A stretch of DNA of 63,192 nt from an uncultured Clostridia bacterium (GTDB taxonomy: Bacteria > Bacillota > Clostridia > Christensenellales > UBA3700), in NCBI GenBank assembly GCA_946615965.1, contig CAMOIC010000003.1:1-63192 (forward strand). The letters are read 5' to 3'. The translations under genes and the position numbers were made by a program. The notes beneath the pieces are model-generated. The model had not been told where the DNA came from. It did not search any database and worked only from the letters and a program-made list of their open reading frames with translations. Below, in pieces: positions 17,962-27,706 of the stretch (positions within the stretch are counted from its first letter, which is position 1; each line of letters opens with the position of its first letter).

Positions 17962-18789
17962 CTATTGATTATTACCATTAGATTTTGCATTTAAGAACTT
18001 ATGCATTTCTCTCCAGCCCATACCGTATATACTCTTTTCTTGCTCTTCTCTATTTCTAAATGCAAGATGACTTACAAGATATACAGCAGCAGTAAATACA
18101 AAGAATACCATTAAGTATGGGATGATAAACAAGTGTCCTTCTAATAACCATGGAGCATGATCTGTAATCACTGCTGGTAATACGCATCTTTGTACGAAAC
18201 CAATATTTGCAGGTTCATTTGGATATCCAGCATCTGTTCCGAATCTCCATGTAAATGAAGCTAATACACCCCATAATAAAATTAGTAATAAAGCAAAATA
18301 AACTGTCCAACCATTTTTTACTTTTAACTTGTAGATACAAGTTATTTCTAATAAACCAATTACTAATACAAAGTAATGCATTAAAGTAGATTCTAAGAAC
18401 GAGAATACTACTAAAGTACCGCTATTAGCAAAGCTAAATGGAGCTACTGTTGATGCAAATACTTGAACAGCACCAGCAAAGATACCCATAAAGGCTCCTG
18501 CATCTCTTACATATTTATTTTGAGATAAATATGCTATTGGACATAAGAAGAATGTAATTTGGCTGATTTCACATGGAATTTGTTGATTCCAAGGATGTGC
18601 CAAAACAGTACAATAAATGATGTAATGGAATGTTTTATAAATAAGTACAGTCCATGATAAATAGTAACAAATCTTTTCAGCAAGTGCTCTATTTGTTCTT
18701 AGTTTTACTACGCCATAGGCTAATAGTCCTATTAAAATTACTCCTATTGGTATAGAGAAAAAGTACCAATTTATGTTTAAATCTGCCAT
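17962..18789 (-). CDS. YwaF/TMEM164-like integral membrane protein
   Basis: About 7 TM segments. 'QIPCEISQI' sits where LPLHLC-type motifs occur, with 'FLESTLMHY' and 'N.GF' later. Confidence 0.6.
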   Translation of the reverse strand: MADLNINWYFFSIPIGVILIGLLAYGVVKLRTNRALAEKICYYLSWTVLIYKTFHYIIYCTVLAHPWNQQIPCEISQITFFLCPIAYLSQNKYVRDAGAFMGIFAGAVQVFASTVAPFSFANSGTLVVFSFLESTLMHYFVLVIGLLEITCIYKLKVKNGWTVYFALLLILLWGVLASFTWRFGTDAGYPNEPANIGFVQRCVLPAVITDHAPWLLEGHLFIIPYLMVFFVFTAAVYLVSHLAFRNREEQEKSIYGMGWREMHKFLNAKSNGNNQ

Positions 18790-18971
18790 TACCAGTCTTC
18801 CTTTATAGATAGTTTTATATCAGTGTAAAATTCTTTATACTCTCTTTTAAACTTTTCAGCTTTAGTTTCTGATTTTCTTATAGCAGCATCTACGTCATTT
18901 TCTTCTTCGTAAATGGCTTCTACATCCTCATCATACTTTTCTGCAAGTTTCATTAATTCCCAATTGTTCAT
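18789..18971 (-). CDS. Small acidic hypothetical protein
   Basis: 60 aa, 2 nt after the hprK stop with a good SD, and coupled (TAATG) to the next gene. Confidence 0.65.
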   Translation of the reverse strand: MNNWELMKLAEKYDEDVEAIYEEENDVDAAIRKSETKAEKFKREYKEFYTDIKLSIKEDW

Positions 18972-18973
18972 GA

Positions 18974-19906
18974 TTATTCCTTTAATCCTGTTCTTTCCAT
19001 TAATGTTTTAAAAGCATCATGTCCCATATTCTTTAAGCGGAAGTTCTTAACAGCAACCTCAATTAAAATAGCAATTGATCTACCAGCAAGAACTGGGATA
19101 TCAAATCTTGGTACATCTAAATCTAGAATTGATTGATTGTCAATCTTACTACCAAGTCTGTCCGCGTTTATTGCATTACTTTGACTTTGTAATGCGCAAA
19201 TCATCATTATTTCGTCTTCGTTTAAAACGGAACCTGAACCATACATCGCAGCAACGTCGATAATACCAAGACCTCTAACTTCCATTAAATACTTTGTCTT
19301 AGCTGGTGCAGATCCTATAACCTTATCACCTATTCTCTTAACTACAACAATATCGTCGGAGATTAATCTATGGCCTCTTTGAACAAGTTCAAGAGCGGCT
19401 TCTGATTTACCCATACCAGATACTCCAGTAATCAACACACCTACACCGGCAACATCTAGTAATGTGCCATGAATTGTTGTCATTGGTGCTAGAATTTCTT
19501 CTAGGTAGTTAGCAATTAAGTTCGATAAATATGTAGTTGTGCTTGCTGAACCAAAGATTGGAATATTATTCTTCTTTGCTGCCTCAAGCTCTATTTGTGA
19601 TGGAATGATTCCTCTTGAATAAATCAAGCATGGAATCTTTTGCTCACATAAACTTTCAAATATATCTTTTTTAGCTTCGTCAGTTAATGTTTGTAGATAA
19701 TAGTGTTCCGCATTACCAATAAGTTGAATTCTAGAATATCCAAAATAATCTTTAAATCCAGCTAAGAATAAACCCGGTCTATTAATTAATACAGAACTAA
19801 AAGCAATTGTTTCACTCTTGTCTCCAGATATAAGTTGTAACTTACATCTGTCCATGAATTCTTCAATTGTAACATTTACTGGCTCTACGTCCTCAAACTT
19901 TAACAT
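18974..19906 (-). CDS. hprK: HPr(Ser) kinase/phosphorylase
   Basis: INRPGL, HGTLLDV.G.GVLITG.SG.GKSE and MEVRGLGII motifs. Confidence 0.96.
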   Translation of the reverse strand: MLKFEDVEPVNVTIEEFMDRCKLQLISGDKSETIAFSSVLINRPGLFLAGFKDYFGYSRIQLIGNAEHYYLQTLTDEAKKDIFESLCEQKIPCLIYSRGIIPSQIELEAAKKNNIPIFGSASTTTYLSNLIANYLEEILAPMTTIHGTLLDVAGVGVLITGVSGMGKSEAALELVQRGHRLISDDIVVVKRIGDKVIGSAPAKTKYLMEVRGLGIIDVAAMYGSGSVLNEDEIMMICALQSQSNAINADRLGSKIDNQSILDLDVPRFDIPVLAGRSIAILIEVAVKNFRLKNMGHDAFKTLMERTGLKE

Positions 19907-19909
19907 ATA

Positions 19910-20743
19910 TTATTCCCCTAAACACAACTTGTGTACTACATCATATAATGCATCATCATTACATGATGAAGATATGTATTTTGCAACCTTCTTTATAGAG
20001 TCGGATGCATTCTCCACGGCTACGCCGTAATATTTCTCTACCATCTTTATATCATTATCTGAGTCTCCAACGCAAATAACTTCGTCCATTTTCCATCCAT
20101 ATTGGTCTACAACATACTTAACAGCTGTACCTTTATCCACACCAGATGGCATTATTTCTACTAAGAAATCACGCGAAGAACAGAATTCCATACCTGTAGG
20201 AAAGACCTCTTTTGCAGCCTTTAAAAATGATTCTCTTTTTTCTGGAGTCATCATAACATTCACCTTAGTTGGTAATACATTATTCGCTATAGCAAAATCA
20301 TCTAAAGTCTTAGGCATAACATACTCTTTTACGCCAAGAAGTTCACAGAATTTCTTTCTCCAATTTTCATTTCTATTAACGAAATATACTTCATCATTGA
20401 CATACATAAGAGGCAATAAATTCTCATCAACTTCATATTGAGATTCTAAGAATCTAGCAATCTTTTTTAGAGTCTCTAGAGGAATAGTTTCTTGAAGCAA
20501 AAGTTTCTTCCCTTCCTTGATATCATAAACCTCTGCACCTTGAGCGCAGATAATCATATCACTTGGCACTCCTAACTCAACTAAATGAGGATAGATAGAT
20601 TGGAACAATCTACCTGTCGATATAAAAAACTTACCGCCTTTATCTACATATTCATTTAAAGCTTCAATATTCTTTTTTGATACTGTAAAATCGTCGCTTA
20701 GTAAAGTTCCATCGAAATCTGAAAAAATTGCCTTATATTTCAT
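19910..20743 (-). CDS. Cof-type HAD-IIB hydrolase
   Basis: DFDGTLL, STGR, DKG.A and GDSDND motifs. Confidence 0.92.
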   Translation of the reverse strand: MKYKAIFSDFDGTLLSDDFTVSKKNIEALNEYVDKGGKFFISTGRLFQSIYPHLVELGVPSDMIICAQGAEVYDIKEGKKLLLQETIPLETLKKIARFLESQYEVDENLLPLMYVNDEVYFVNRNENWRKKFCELLGVKEYVMPKTLDDFAIANNVLPTKVNVMMTPEKRESFLKAAKEVFPTGMEFCSSRDFLVEIMPSGVDKGTAVKYVVDQYGWKMDEVICVGDSDNDIKMVEKYYGVAVENASDSIKKVAKYISSSCNDDALYDVVHKLCLGE

Positions 20744-20777
20744 ACAACAATAATGTTAAAACATTATTCACTTAATG

Positions 20778-22604
20778 TCAATGAAAGAAAGAATACACAT
20801 TCTCTGCCGTCTTTGCATCGATTCCATCTATAGCCTTCAACTCATCAATTGTTGCACTCTTTATATTCTCAACAGTTTTAAATGTGTTAAACAAAATTCT
20901 ATATCTCTTTTCTCCAACGCCAGGAATATCTTTAATTTGAGAGTGAGTTTGTCTTTTCTTTCTTAAGTTTCTGTGGAATGTAATAGCGAATCTATGCGCT
21001 TCGTCTCTGATTCTTTGTAATAGTCTTAATGCATAGCTATTCTTTGGTAATACATATGGTTCAGACTTATATGGAACAAATACTTCTTCTTCCCTCTTTG
21101 CCAAAGAAATCACTTCTACATCACAATGCATTTCTTCCATTATTTCCTTAACTGAGCTCAATTGACCTTTACCACCATCAATAACAAGTAAGTCAGGTCT
21201 TGAAGCAAAACTCTCATCCTTTTCTTCAGGATCTTGCATTCTTGCGATTCTTCTTCTTAATGTCTCTGCAAGCGAAGCAAAGTCATTGTTGCCTTCTACT
21301 GTTTTAATCTTGAATTTTCTATAATGAGAACGCATTGGTTCACCATTTATAGTTACAACCATAGAAGCAACTTTATCTGTTCCTTGAACATGAGATATAT
21401 CGTAACATTCCATTCTAATTGGTAATGTTTTTAATCTTAAAAATTCTTGTAACTGAAGTACCCCACCAACAGTTAAGTTATCCTTTCTTTCCTTAGTACT
21501 TAAGGACTTTTCAAGGAAATCCGTAGCATTAGATAAGGCCATATTTGCAAGTTGTTTTCTAACACCCTGTTGTGGTGTAACTACATTAATCTTCTTTCCT
21601 TTCTTTTCACTCAAATACTTAGATATAACATCAGCATCTTCTATCTCAATTTCTGTAATTACTTCATCTGGGATATATTTAACTTGGTCATAGAAATTAA
21701 CAATAAAATTAGATAAAGTAATATCGTCTGTTAGACTTAAATCACTAATAACTCTTTTATCCGAGCCAAGAAGTTTACCACCTCTAACAAATAGAATATT
21801 TACAACAGTATTTAGGCCATTTGAAGCAATCGCAAATATATCTAAATTGAAATCCTTTGGAAGTGCTGTTACTTGTTTTCTAATCAACTTATCTAGAGTT
21901 TCTAGTTTTTTCTTATAATCTAGAGCAAGTTCAAAATTCTCCTCTAATGATGCTTGCATCATTTTATCTGTAAGGATCTTTGCTATTGATTTATCGTTAC
22001 CATTTAAGAAATCTACAACATCATCGACTATATTGTTATATTCCTCTTTTGTAACTTTACCAGCACAAGGTGCTAAACATCTTTTTATATGGTAATTCAA
22101 GCATGGTCTATGAGACGCTGGAATATGATTCATATCTAAATCACAAGTTCTTAGAGGAAAAGCAGAATGGATTAAATCTAATATTTCTTTTGACGAAACA
22201 CCTATCATATATGGACCAAAATACTTTGCCCCATCGTTTTTTAATTTTCTTACAACTTCAACTTTAGGAAAATCTTTCTTTGTATTAATCTTTATGAATG
22301 GATAATTCTTATCATCTTTTAATAGAATATTGTAAGGTGGTTTATGCTTCTTAATAAGATTATTTTCAAGTACTAAAGCTTCTACTTCATTTGATGTAAT
22401 AATATATTCAAAATCATGAACCTTTGAAACAAGTTTCAAAACCTTCTCTGTTCTATTTGCTTTATTTCCAAAATACTGATGAACACGTTTAGTTAAATTA
22501 CGAGCTTTACCAATATACAAAATCTGGCCCTCTTTGGACTTCATAATGTATACACCACTATTAGATGGTAAATCCTTTAACCTTTGTTCAATCAATTCAT
22601 TCAT
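20778..22604 (-). CDS. uvrC: Excinuclease ABC subunit C
   Basis: GVY.MK...YIGKA.NL (GIY-YIG), ECYDISH, IDGGKGQL, RDEAHRFA and HhH motifs. Confidence 0.97.
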   Translation of the reverse strand: MNELIEQRLKDLPSNSGVYIMKSKEGQILYIGKARNLTKRVHQYFGNKANRTEKVLKLVSKVHDFEYIITSNEVEALVLENNLIKKHKPPYNILLKDDKNYPFIKINTKKDFPKVEVVRKLKNDGAKYFGPYMIGVSSKEILDLIHSAFPLRTCDLDMNHIPASHRPCLNYHIKRCLAPCAGKVTKEEYNNIVDDVVDFLNGNDKSIAKILTDKMMQASLEENFELALDYKKKLETLDKLIRKQVTALPKDFNLDIFAIASNGLNTVVNILFVRGGKLLGSDKRVISDLSLTDDITLSNFIVNFYDQVKYIPDEVITEIEIEDADVISKYLSEKKGKKINVVTPQQGVRKQLANMALSNATDFLEKSLSTKERKDNLTVGGVLQLQEFLRLKTLPIRMECYDISHVQGTDKVASMVVTINGEPMRSHYRKFKIKTVEGNNDFASLAETLRRRIARMQDPEEKDESFASRPDLLVIDGGKGQLSSVKEIMEEMHCDVEVISLAKREEEVFVPYKSEPYVLPKNSYALRLLQRIRDEAHRFAITFHRNLRKKRQTHSQIKDIPGVGEKRYRILFNTFKTVENIKSATIDELKAIDGIDAKTAENVYSFFH

Positions 22605-22621
22605 AGTTTAATTATACTATA

Positions 22622-24610
22622 TTAGTTTAAGCTGATTTGTTGTAATTTATTTAAATATTCTTCTAAATTTACTAACTTAGATGGATCAAAATCTTTATCT
22701 GATAAAAGCTTATCTGCTATATCCTTACTTTCTTGAATAACTTGCTTTGTTATGACAGCATCGCCCTTAAATGAACCACCACTTTGATTTGTTCCAAGGA
22801 AATCTCCATATCCTCTAATAGAGGCATCAAATTCGGCAATATCATCACCATCTTTAAACTTCTTTAAAGCATTTAATCTTTCATTTTCCATATCTTTAGA
22901 AGTATGTAAGAAACAGTAAGATTTTAATCCAGCCTTTCTTCCAATTCTTCCTCTTAATTGATGTAAAGTTGCAAGACCAAAACGCTCAGCATTTAATACC
23001 GCCATAATGGATGCATATTGAGAATCTATACCTACTTCTATTACAGATGTAGCAATTAAAACATCAAGCTCATGGTTATAGAATGCATGCATAACATCAT
23101 TCTTATCTTTTTCTTTCATTGAACCATAAATTAGACCAACATTAACGTCACTTAGAGGTCCATTTATAACTTCTTTATAAAGAAGTTTAGCTGAATATAC
23201 TTCTAGACCTTCACTATCTAAAACCAAAGGACATACAATATACGCTTGTTCGCCTTCAGCAACTCTTTCTTTTATAAACTTATAAAGGCCTTCTAATTTC
23301 TCATCACCCATAATAAATGTTGATATCTTAGAAGTTCCTTCTCTTGGCTTTAGATTAGATATAGCTAAGTCTCCATAAATTGTTAAAGCAATGGCTCTTG
23401 GAATTGGAGTTGCAGACATGGACAAAACGTCACAAGCTCGCGCCTTCTCTTCAAGCGTACCTTTTTGCTTTACACCAAATCTATGTAACTCATCAATTAT
23501 GATAAAAGATAGATTCTTAAATTCTACAGAATCATTTAATACAGCATGAGTTCCAATAACAATATCTATAGAACCATTTTTAAGACCATTTAAAATTGGT
23601 TTTCTCTCAGCAGCTTTAGTTGTACCTGTTAATAAAGCAATGTTTGCTTTTCCATTAAGTAGAGTCATTGCTGTTTTATAATGTTGCTTTGCAAGAATTT
23701 CAGTCGGAACCATAAATGCAACCTGATATCCATTTCTAATTGCAAACATTGCACAAAGTAAAGCAACAACGGTTTTACCAGATCCAACATCACCAAGAAG
23801 CATTCTATTTGTTCTCTTTTCACTCTTTAGATCGTCAAGAATTTCTTTTATAGCAACCTTTTGTGATGGAGATAATTCATAAGGAAGTGACTTAACAACA
23901 TCGGCTATAACCATTCTAGATTGTCCATATAATCTTACCTTGTTATCATCAGCTACATCCTTGTTTGCTCTGTATGCAATATACTGTATGATTAGGTCTT
24001 CAAGATTATACCTTGTTTTACCAACTCTCATATCATCCATATCTATTGGGAAATGAATCTTTTCAAACCCCTCTTTTAGTGACATTACAGTATACTTATT
24101 TGTAGGTGTTGAAAAATCACAATTATCAAGAGCATATCTTAGGAAGTTTCTAAACTGTTGTTGTCCTACCTGTCCTTTTAGTGGATATATAGGCACGATT
24201 CCTTGTAAACGCTTGTTATCTTCGGCTTTTTCAAAACTTGGGTTATTTAAAACATAGCCATCTTTTGTAGAGATTTTACCCCAAAACAGATACTCTTCAT
24301 CTACATCAATCTGACCAGTAATATATGGTGTATTATACCATGCTAATTGGACTTTTTTCCCTTGAGTTAAAAGCGTTGCTTTAAACAATGAAAAACCACG
24401 CCTTAAAGACACAGGTTTATTCTTCTTAATTACTGTTCCACGAAGTAAAATATAATCTCCATGATCACACTCAAGAAGGTCTCCTTCCTTTGTCATATCC
24501 CAATAAAATTTCGGCATAAAGCGAACCAAATCGTCTATAGATTTGATTCCCAATTTTTCTAATTTAAAAAGGGTCTTATCACCGACCCCTTTAATATTTT
24601 TTAATTGCAT
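22622..24610 (-). CDS. recG: ATP-dependent DNA helicase RecG
   Basis: GDVGSGKT, DELHRFGV.Q, SATPIPR and QLRGRIGR motifs. Confidence 0.95.
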   Translation of the reverse strand: MQLKNIKGVGDKTLFKLEKLGIKSIDDLVRFMPKFYWDMTKEGDLLECDHGDYILLRGTVIKKNKPVSLRRGFSLFKATLLTQGKKVQLAWYNTPYITGQIDVDEEYLFWGKISTKDGYVLNNPSFEKAEDNKRLQGIVPIYPLKGQVGQQQFRNFLRYALDNCDFSTPTNKYTVMSLKEGFEKIHFPIDMDDMRVGKTRYNLEDLIIQYIAYRANKDVADDNKVRLYGQSRMVIADVVKSLPYELSPSQKVAIKEILDDLKSEKRTNRMLLGDVGSGKTVVALLCAMFAIRNGYQVAFMVPTEILAKQHYKTAMTLLNGKANIALLTGTTKAAERKPILNGLKNGSIDIVIGTHAVLNDSVEFKNLSFIIIDELHRFGVKQKGTLEEKARACDVLSMSATPIPRAIALTIYGDLAISNLKPREGTSKISTFIMGDEKLEGLYKFIKERVAEGEQAYIVCPLVLDSEGLEVYSAKLLYKEVINGPLSDVNVGLIYGSMKEKDKNDVMHAFYNHELDVLIATSVIEVGIDSQYASIMAVLNAERFGLATLHQLRGRIGRKAGLKSYCFLHTSKDMENERLNALKKFKDGDDIAEFDASIRGYGDFLGTNQSGGSFKGDAVITKQVIQESKDIADKLLSDKDFDPSKLVNLEEYLNKLQQISLN

Positions 24611-24631
24611 TTTATACCTTATGGTTTTTTA

Positions 24632-26269
24632 TTATTCAACTGAAAGTAAATATTGATAGTGAGGTTGACCGCCATAGTATAAGATTACATCATAATCATC
24701 ATACTCGTCTTGGATAGCTTCGCATAATGCTTCAGCATCTTCCTTCTTTACATCTGAACCATAATATAATGTAATAACTTCTGAGAACTTATCTGTTAGA
24801 TTCTTTGTTACATCCTTAACTACATCTTCTGGAGTCTTACCCTTTGCAACAATCTTCTTTCCATCAAGACCAATGATATCTCCTTCTGAAATATCGAAAC
24901 CATCCATTGATGTATTTCTAACAGCTGTTGTAACTTGACCACACTTAACTTCAGCAAATGAATCTCTCATGTTTGAAACATTCTCTTCAGCACTTAATTC
25001 AGCATCGAATGCGAATGCAGCTTTGATTCCTTGTGGAGCTTCTTTTGTTGGGACAACAAAAATCTTCTTATCTGATACAAGTTGAGCAGCATTTTCTGCA
25101 GCCATTATAATATTACTATTATTTGGTAATATAATTACTGATTCAGCATTTACCTTATCAATAGCATTTGTAATATCTTCAATACTTGGGTTCATTGTTT
25201 GACCACCTTCAATGATCTCATCTACTTTTAGATCTTTGAAGATTGCAGTTAAACCTTCACCTGCACATACAGCAATCATACCAATCTTCTTCTTAGAAGC
25301 TTCTTTCTTAGCCATGATTTCACGATGTTGTTCCATCATGTTCTCAATCTTTACCTTGTCTAATTCACCAAGTTGTAAAGCCCAGTATAAAGCCTTGTTT
25401 GGTTGATTTGTATGAACATGAACTTTTATAAAGTTGATATCGCCGATTGCAATAACACAATCACCGATAGTCATTAATTTCTCTCTTAATTTTTCAATAT
25501 CTTCTTCTGTTACATGCTTCTTTAAGTGTGTAACGAAGAATTCTGTACAATATTGGAATGTAATATTGTTATAATCGTTAGCATCATCTCTAGATGTACC
25601 GAAAGCATCTAAACTTGGAGCTTCAACGCTTACCGTTGCTTCTTCTTCAGGAATCTCTTCTCCCTTTAATGCTTTTAACCAACCTTCAACAACATATAGA
25701 AGACCACGACCACCGGCATCTACTACACCTGCTTGCTTTAGAACAGGAAGCATATCTGGAGTCTTTTGAAGGATGATATCACCTTGCTTAATAATTTGTT
25801 CAAAGAATGTTTCTACTGAACTTGTCTTATTAGCAATGCCAGGAGCTTGTTCAGCCATGTATCTGATAACAGTAAGAACTGTACCTTCCTTTGGCTTTGT
25901 AACTGCGTTATAGGCAATTTCTCTAGCATTTAAGAAGGCTTTAGATAAAGTCTTTGTGTTAATATCTACTTCGTCATTTAATACTGTGGAAATACCCTTA
26001 ACAATTTGGGATAAGATAACACCAGAGTTACCTCTAGCACCTCTTAATGCACCTCTTGCATAAGCAGTTAAAATATCTGATCTATCATCTGAAGTAACAG
26101 CTTCAATCTCTTTAATAGCTGAAGCCATTGTAAGTGTCATATTAGAACCAGTGTCTCCATCTGGTACTGGGAATACATTTAGTGAATCAACATACGCTTT
26201 ATTAGCTTTAAGATTCTTATATCCGCCCTTAAACATCTCAACGAGTTTGGCGTTATCAATTATTTTCAT
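24632..26269 (-). CDS. DAK2-domain fatty acid kinase catalytic subunit (FakA/YloV)
   Basis: LNVFPVPDGDTGSNM, GARGNSG, VVDAGG and GGQTMNPS motifs. Confidence 0.93.
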   Translation of the reverse strand: MKIIDNAKLVEMFKGGYKNLKANKAYVDSLNVFPVPDGDTGSNMTLTMASAIKEIEAVTSDDRSDILTAYARGALRGARGNSGVILSQIVKGISTVLNDEVDINTKTLSKAFLNAREIAYNAVTKPKEGTVLTVIRYMAEQAPGIANKTSSVETFFEQIIKQGDIILQKTPDMLPVLKQAGVVDAGGRGLLYVVEGWLKALKGEEIPEEEATVSVEAPSLDAFGTSRDDANDYNNITFQYCTEFFVTHLKKHVTEEDIEKLREKLMTIGDCVIAIGDINFIKVHVHTNQPNKALYWALQLGELDKVKIENMMEQHREIMAKKEASKKKIGMIAVCAGEGLTAIFKDLKVDEIIEGGQTMNPSIEDITNAIDKVNAESVIILPNNSNIIMAAENAAQLVSDKKIFVVPTKEAPQGIKAAFAFDAELSAEENVSNMRDSFAEVKCGQVTTAVRNTSMDGFDISEGDIIGLDGKKIVAKGKTPEDVVKDVTKNLTDKFSEVITLYYGSDVKKEDAEALCEAIQDEYDDYDVILYYGGQPHYQYLLSVE

Positions 26270-26278
26270 TCATATCTC

Positions 26279-26629
26279 CTAAACTCTTACACCAACGACA
26301 TTAACAACAACTTTATTAACACGCATACCTGTAAAAGTCTCAACGTAGTACTTAACAGTTTTCTCGATTTCCTCGGTAACTGCGGATACATTCACACCCT
26401 CTTTAAGTATTACGAACAATTCTAAGTTTATTCTGTTGCTAATTGTTACAACCTTTACGCCCTTACCAATTGTAGTCTTGTTGAACAATTCGCTAAGGCT
26501 GTCTGTAAGCGATCTAGAAACTAAATCAATAACTCCGTAACAATCTAAAGCTGCTTGCGATGCCGTCATCGAAATTGCAGTGTCAGAAATTACCAATTTT
26601 CCATAAAAATTTGAAGTCTTAACAGCCAT
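26279..26629 (-). CDS. Asp23/Gls24 family protein (YloU-like)
   Basis: Start refined to ATG 26629 (SD AGGTG). 'CYGV', 'KGVKV' and 'V.V.V.GVRV' motifs, adjacent to DAK2. Confidence 0.88.
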   Translation of the reverse strand: MAVKTSNFYGKLVISDTAISMTASQAALDCYGVIDLVSRSLTDSLSELFNKTTIGKGVKVVTISNRINLELFVILKEGVNVSAVTEEIEKTVKYYVETFTGMRVNKVVVNVVGVRV

Positions 26630-26786
26630 ACACCTATATTTTATATTATATAATTGTATTTGGCAAGTATTTTGACCGGACAAGAAATGTCTTAAAAATT
26701 CATAAAAAACAAGTATATTTTAGTTGCATTATACTTTTTATTTTGTTATTATATCAAAGCAAGATTGCATTTAGGAGGTATTGATT

Positions 26787-26975
26787 ATGTCTAGAGTATG
26801 TGCCATTTGTGGAAAAGGACAATTATCAGGTAACAACGTTAGCCACTCAAATAGAAAAACAAGAAGAAGTTGGGGAGCAAATGTTCAAAAGGTTAAGCTA
26901 GTTAATGAAAACGGAGCTATTGAACATGCATACGTTTGCACAAGATGTCTAAAGAAATTAGATAGCCGTGCATAA
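26787..26975 (+). CDS. rpmB: 50S ribosomal protein L28 (CxxC...CxxC form)
   Basis: MSRVCAICGK...GNNVSHS...W.ANVQ...VCTRCLK. SD AGGAGG is present. Confidence 0.96.
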   Translation: MSRVCAICGKGQLSGNNVSHSNRKTRRSWGANVQKVKLVNENGAIEHAYVCTRCLKKLDSRA

Positions 26976-26995
26976 TTAGTACTTATACATAGATT

Positions 26996-27032
26996 AAAAA
27001 AAGACATCGTTTATCGATGTCTTATTTTTTTT
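26996..27032. terminator. Bidirectional terminator between rpmB and rpe
   Basis: AAGACATCG/CGATGTCTT stem flanked by A7 and a T-run. Confidence 0.8.
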
Positions 27033-27058
27033 ATTAATTCCCTATTTTACTGGGGATT

Positions 27059-27706
27059 TTAAGCATTTAGTAATGCTTCTAATCCCTCTTTAATTGATGG
27101 AGCATTGAATACAGATGATCCACCTACGCAGATATCACATCCCCTTTCAACAAGCTCTCTAATGTTATTAGATTTTACGCCACCATCGACTTCAATTTTG
27201 ATGTTTCTATCACCAATAATTTCTTTTAATTTAGATACTCTATCCATTGTTTCTGGAATAAACTTTTGTCCTGAGAAACCTGGGAATACACCCATAAGCA
27301 TAATTACATCTACTTTATCTAAATAATTTTTAACTGTATTTAAATCAATATCTGGGTTTAAAACAAGACCCGCTTTTTTGCCCAAAGAGTGGATAAAATC
27401 TAGAGTTTCAGCAGTTTTTGTACATGCACTTTCATGGAAAGTAATAATATCTGCACCAGCATCTACATAATCTTTAATGTACTTATCTGGATTCATTATC
27501 ATTAAATGAACATCTAAAGGTAAATTAGAATTTGCTTTGCAAATTTTAACCATTCTAATTCCATCAGATGTATTTGGAGCAAAAACTCCATCTAAACAAT
27601 CGCAATGAACGTAGCTAGCACCGTACTTTTCAAGATTTTTAACTGCATCACCAATTTTATCAATATCAACAGATAAAACTGATGGAGAAATTTGAACATT
27701 AATCAT
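27059..27706 (-). CDS. rpe: Ribulose-phosphate 3-epimerase
   Basis: Start refined to 27706. SPSVLS, H.D..DG.F, DVHLMI, V.PGFSGQKF and EVDGG motifs. Confidence 0.95.
   Translation of the reverse strand: MINVQISPSVLSVDIDKIGDAVKNLEKYGASYVHCDCLDGVFAPNTSDGIRMVKICKANSNLPLDVHLMIMNPDKYIKDYVDAGADIITFHESACTKTAETLDFIHSLGKKAGLVLNPDIDLNTVKNYLDKVDVIMLMGVFPGFSGQKFIPETMDRVSKLKEIIGDRNIKIEVDGGVKSNNIRELVERGCDICVGGSSVFNAPSIKEGLEALLNA

Noticed and set aside
20133-20141. Perfect DnaA box TTATCCACA
   Set aside because: I noticed only a single copy, inside the HAD coding region, with no cluster or oriC context.
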